This document shows, piece after piece, positions 60,538-64,000 of a stretch of 64,000 nucleotides of DNA (positions within the stretch are counted from its first letter, which is position 1; every line of letters starts with the position of its first letter). The stretch is taken from the NCBI GenBank assembly GCA_030148705.1, contig JASBSY010000024.1, positions 21,212-85,211 on the forward strand. The letters are read 5' to 3'. Below the pieces are notes generated by a model. It saw nothing but the letters and a program-made list of their open reading frames with translations. It was not told the DNA's origin and did not search any database. This stretch comes from Pukyongia sp. (GTDB lineage: Bacteria > Bacteroidota > Bacteroidia > Flavobacteriales > Flavobacteriaceae). Position numbers and translations under genes: made by a program.

Positions 60538-60961
60538 GGGGTATATGATATTTTCGGCACCGGCATTTGTAAGCGTATATGAAAATCTGGTATATGGCAC
60601 ACAGATCGATTTTACCATCGTGATTGTTGCTATTGTTACCTCGCTTATAGGTTCCACCATGCAGATAACTCATAAAAACCTGGACCAGAAAAGAAGGCAG
60701 TTGCCGGTAATCTCCAAACTGGAGATATACGCCATCTATGTTACCGGGGTTGTTTTTGGCATCCTGGCTTATTACGTAGGCCAGGAAAAATCGAATTTAC
60801 TGTACACCATGCTTATAGGCATCTTTGGCAGTTACATGAGCCTGGACCTGTTTAAATACGGAAAGGCCGCTGTGATCTCCCTGCTGCAAAAACTCCCCGA
60901 TGCATTATTGCAGTATTGGTTCAATCAGAAAAGCAATTCAACCGATAAAGATAATAAGTAA
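60527..60961 (+). CDS. Multi-TM membrane protein, holin candidate
   Basis: Three to four TM segments, immediately upstream of the endolysin. Confidence 0.6.
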   Translation: MEGKGYMIFSAPAFVSVYENLVYGTQIDFTIVIVAIVTSLIGSTMQITHKNLDQKRRQLPVISKLEIYAIYVTGVVFGILAYYVGQEKSNLLYTMLIGIFGSYMSLDLFKYGKAAVISLLQKLPDALLQYWFNQKSNSTDKDNK

Positions 60962-60964
60962 GAT

Positions 60965-61561
60965 ATGATACCAATATTTGATAGTGGACACGCGGGGTTA
61001 ATAAACGGATTCTACGAAACTCCGGGAAAGCGATCTCCTAATTGGGAGTGCGGAATATTTTATGAAGGGATGGGAAATCGCTGGGCGGTTAACCGATTGA
61101 TAGAGCTGTGCGATCGTGCTGGAATTCCTTATTATCATGTATCTCCGGAACTATATGATGTGAGCCTTCAGGAGCGAGTAAAACGGGCAAATGATATTTA
61201 CGCCGTAAACAAGAACGTTTATTTCTTATCCATTCATCACAATGCAGGAGGCGGCCATGGAATTGAGGGGTTTACGTCTATAGGAGAAACGACATCTGAT
61301 AAGATAGCTGAAGTGTTCCTGCAAAATTTTAAAGCTGATTTTGCCCACGATACAACATTAAGAACCGATGTGTCTGATGGGGATCTCGATAAAGAATCGA
61401 ACTTCTTTGTGCTTCGAAATACGCTCTGCCCATCCGTACTACTGGAACTTGAATTTATGGATAGTAAGTCCGGGTATTTGAACTGCTGGAGTGAGACGGT
61501 CATGGCTCTAAAAGTTGAATCTATGTTTAAAAGCATAGTTAAAGTATATAACGAATTGTAA
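60965..61561 (+). CDS. Endolysin, N-acetylmuramoyl-L-alanine amidase (Amidase_3)
   Basis: DSGH, YEG, SIHHNA and SVLLELEFM motifs. Confidence 0.9.
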   Translation: MIPIFDSGHAGLINGFYETPGKRSPNWECGIFYEGMGNRWAVNRLIELCDRAGIPYYHVSPELYDVSLQERVKRANDIYAVNKNVYFLSIHHNAGGGHGIEGFTSIGETTSDKIAEVFLQNFKADFAHDTTLRTDVSDGDLDKESNFFVLRNTLCPSVLLELEFMDSKSGYLNCWSETVMALKVESMFKSIVKVYNEL

Positions 61562-61566
61562 CTAAT

Positions 61567-62127
61567 ATGAAAAATCTGTTATTGATCTTCCTGGTGCTGC
61601 TGTCTATGACCAGCTGTAGAAGTAAAAAGAAACTTGTGGAGCGTGAGCGAACAAAGACCGAACTCTCTGAAGTTGTGAAACTCGATAGTGTGGTGAAGAA
61701 AGATACCAGTATCGATTCATCGGCTGTTAAGAAATCGGAAACGATAACCGTATCGAAAGATGCCGAAATAGAGATATCCGGAAACGATACAGACACTATT
61801 ACGGTAAATGAATCGATTACCCCTACCGGTAGGAAGATAACCGTTACAGGGGCTAAAAAAGTGGTTATTCGTGATAAACAACAATCTACCAGGATAAAAG
61901 ATAGCGCAGCTGTAGATGTTAAGAAAACAGATCGCTCTGAAATTGTGCGATCGGAGACCAGGGAAAAGGAGGAATCTGCTGAGTCGAATTCCCGAAAAAC
62001 AGATACAAAGACAAAAGGCACCAATACTTTTGTATCCATTGCAATAGGTGTTGGTATAGTTGGCGGGATATTGGCATTAATAATTATATGGTATATTAGG
62101 CGTAAACGGCGGATGCTGAGCGGGTAA
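61567..62127 (+). CDS. u-spanin-like lipoprotein
   Basis: Lipobox MTS-C17, hydrophilic linker, C-terminal TM followed by RRKRR. Confidence 0.7.
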   Translation: MKNLLLIFLVLLSMTSCRSKKKLVERERTKTELSEVVKLDSVVKKDTSIDSSAVKKSETITVSKDAEIEISGNDTDTITVNESITPTGRKITVTGAKKVVIRDKQQSTRIKDSAAVDVKKTDRSEIVRSETREKEESAESNSRKTDTKTKGTNTFVSIAIGVGIVGGILALIIIWYIRRKRRMLSG

Positions 62128-62208
62128 AATGTACGATTATTGTACGATTGGAATATTTACAGATTGTAATGTATTGAAAATACGCATGTTACAAAATAAT
62201 ACCTCTTA

Positions 62209-62253
62209 GTTTACACCCAAGGGGTCGGGGGTTCGAATCCCTCAGCGCCCACA
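62209..62253 (+). repeat. attR core (displaced 3' half of tRNA-Val)
   Basis: Identical to 28280-28324; followed by the host hairpin AATCCCGGTT...AACCGGGATT. Confidence 0.96.
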
Positions 62254-62529
62254 TCAAGCAGAATCCCGGTTCATTTTCGAACCGGGATTTTTATTTTCAA
62301 AATACCTGAGTTTTGGTCTTGGGATTCTTGAAAATAAAAATACCATGAGCAGTGAAACTGCCTGGGATTCTACTTGCAGTAGCGGGTTCGCAAAGGGAGC
62401 ACACCATTAATCAAAGATAATGGCGCTTACAGAAATAATACCGCAAGTAGTAAAACAGGCAGAACAGAAATTGAAACAGGTGTAAATTCACTTTTCTTTA
62501 TCGAATTTTGTAATTTTGGAACCCATATC

Positions 62530-62604
62530 GGGTCATTAACTCAGTTGGTTCAGAGTGTTACCTTGACAGGGTAGAAGTCACTGGTTCGAATCCAGTATGA
62601 CCCA
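62530..62604 (+). tRNA. tRNA-Val(GAC)
   Basis: Cloverleaf with anticodon arm TTACC-TTGACAG-GGTAG; TAATTTTG promoter box at 62511-62518. Confidence 0.96.
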
Positions 62605-62631
62605 CATCAAATAGAATTCCGGTGCGACAGC

Positions 62632-62914
62632 ACTGGAATTTTTCGTTTTAAGCGTTAAAAGCTCCGCTTTTATGAGCGATAAAACGGAGAATTACATACT
62701 CACGCAGTGAGAGGAATTCTATTTGCAGGAGTGGATCTACTCTGGATCATGAAAATAATCCAGAACTGGAATTTTTCGTTTTAAGCGTTAAAAGCTCCGC
62801 TTTTATGAGCGATAAAACGGAGAATTACATACTCACGCAGTGAGAGGAATTCTATTTGCAGGAGTGGATCTACTCCGGATCATGAGACTAATCCGGCACC
62901 GGAATTTATCGTTT
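62632..62914 (+). repeat. 133-bp tandem intergenic repeat (2 copies plus a partial)
   Basis: Near-identical units start at 62632 and 62765; a partial unit starts at 62898. Confidence 0.9.
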
Positions 62915-64000
62915 AATACGTAAGCAGTGCATCAGCCACCGTAAAGGTACTACCGCCTATAAAAACCACATCATTCTTTTCGGCACTATTCAGTGCTACC
63001 GAGAGGGCCTCTCCCACCTGTTGGTACGCTTTACCCTTCAGCCCGAATTGGGCAGCTGTATCTCTAAGGATTTCTGCCTGAAGGCCCCGGGGTATATCGG
63101 GCCTGCTAAAATAATAGATCGCATCTTTTGGAAAAAGCGGCAAGATCTTAGTCAGATCCTTGTCATTCACGGTCCCCAGAACTATATGGAGCTTTTCGTA
63201 GTTCTGAGCGAGGAGTTGGCGCAAAACGATCTCCAAACCTTCCTTATTGTGTGCAGTATCGCAAATTACCTTGGGGTTCTCTTGCAATAGCTGCCATCTC
63301 CCCATAAGGCCGGTGTTCTTTTCCACTTTATTCAACCCATGAACGACTGCTTCCTCCGAAATATTCCAACCGGCATCTCTCATAACCCCGATAGTTGCAA
63401 GTACAGTACGAATATTCCGAGTCTGGTAGGCTCCTTTCAGATCGGAGGTATAACCATCAAAGTTCATTTCTTCGGCAAAACTAATGGGAGCCAATTGCTG
63501 TTCGGCCACCTGTTCGAAGACGAAGCGGGAGTCCGGTACGGTTTCTCCTATGACCACCGGAATACCCTGCTTGATAATACCAGCCTTTTCTGCAGCGATT
63601 TCGGATATGGTATCACCCAGCATCTGGGTATGGTCGAACCCTATATTGGTAATAACGGATACTTCAGGGGTAATGATGTTGGTGCTGTCCAACCTACCTC
63701 CTAGCCCTACTTCGATTACCGCAATATCGACTTTTTCATTTCTGAAATAATGAAATGCCAGGCCGACGGTCATTTCGAAAAAGGACAGGGAATTCTCCTC
63801 AAAAAACTCCTTGTACTCATCGACGAAACGTATCACCTCCTCCTCTCCTATCATAATCCCGTTCACCCGGATGCGTTCCCGGAAATCCTTAAGATGAGGG
63901 GAAGTGTAAAGCCCTACCTTATAGCCTGACTGTTGTAGGACCGACGCTAACATATGACTGGTAGAACCTTTCCCGTTGGTCCCCGCCACATGAATGCTTT
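62913..64000 (-). CDS. folC: Folylpolyglutamate synthase/dihydrofolate synthase (5' end outside window)
   Basis: AGTNGKGST, YTSPHL, EVGLGGRLDSTN and DTAHN motifs. Confidence 0.95.
   Translation of the reverse strand, partial: SIHVAGTNGKGSTSHMLASVLQQSGYKVGLYTSPHLKDFRERIRVNGIMIGEEEVIRFVDEYKEFFEENSLSFFEMTVGLAFHYFRNEKVDIAVIEVGLGGRLDSTNIITPEVSVITNIGFDHTQMLGDTISEIAAEKAGIIKQGIPVVIGETVPDSRFVFEQVAEQQLAPISFAEEMNFDGYTSDLKGAYQTRNIRTVLATIGVMRDAGWNISEEAVVHGLNKVEKNTGLMGRWQLLQENPKVICDTAHNKEGLEIVLRQLLAQNYEKLHIVLGTVNDKDLTKILPLFPKDAIYYFSRPDIPRGLQAEILRDTAAQFGLKGKAYQQVGEALSVALNSAEKNDVVFIGGSTFTVADALLTY

Larger units (their letters stand above)
28280..62253 (+). mobile_element. HK97-like siphovirus prophage, ~34 kb, apparently intact
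   Basis: 45-bp direct repeat at both ends; integrase, repressor, replication, packaging, head, tail and lysis modules all present. Confidence 0.96.

Noticed and set aside
62632-62914. CRISPR array
   Set aside because: The units are 133-bp near-identical copies without unique spacers, and there are no cas genes.

Overview
A Flavobacteriaceae-type chromosomal window. Bases 1-28,300 and 62,250-64,000 are ordinary host genes: gcvP, a FabH-like synthase, alkaline phosphatase, mlaEF, pdhCA, cdd, the porV-porU-gldJ-murF T9SS/gliding block, MscS, two tRNA-Val genes and folC. Between them lies an apparently complete ~34 kb HK97-like siphovirus prophage integrated in tRNA-Val(TAC), with a 45-bp att duplication at 28280-28324 and 62209-62253. 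Three features stand out. (1) A non-canonical tRNA-like element (52217-52289) has an initiator (fMet)-type body but a GCT anticodon. It sits 31 nt upstream of the tape-measure gene, whose open N-terminal extension has no ATG/GTG/TTG and starts at the cognate codon AGC. This suggests a phage-private non-AUG initiation system, either a trans-acting tRNA or a cis tRNA-mimic. (2) Directly downstream of a serine resolvase gene, 14 consecutive small genes each end at or next to the same 9-bp motif, (A/T)AHCWGTAR, which looks like a cassette array. (3) An integron-like attC cassette array lies between terL and the portal gene, with one whole gene inside an attC loop and gene N-termini encoded by attC arms. 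Also present: a two-frame overlapping C5 methyltransferase, a SpoU/TrmH RNA methylase, a lambda-type GGGAAAG tail frameshift and a u-spanin-like lysis gene. All family assignments come from motif recognition by eye; no database searches were run.
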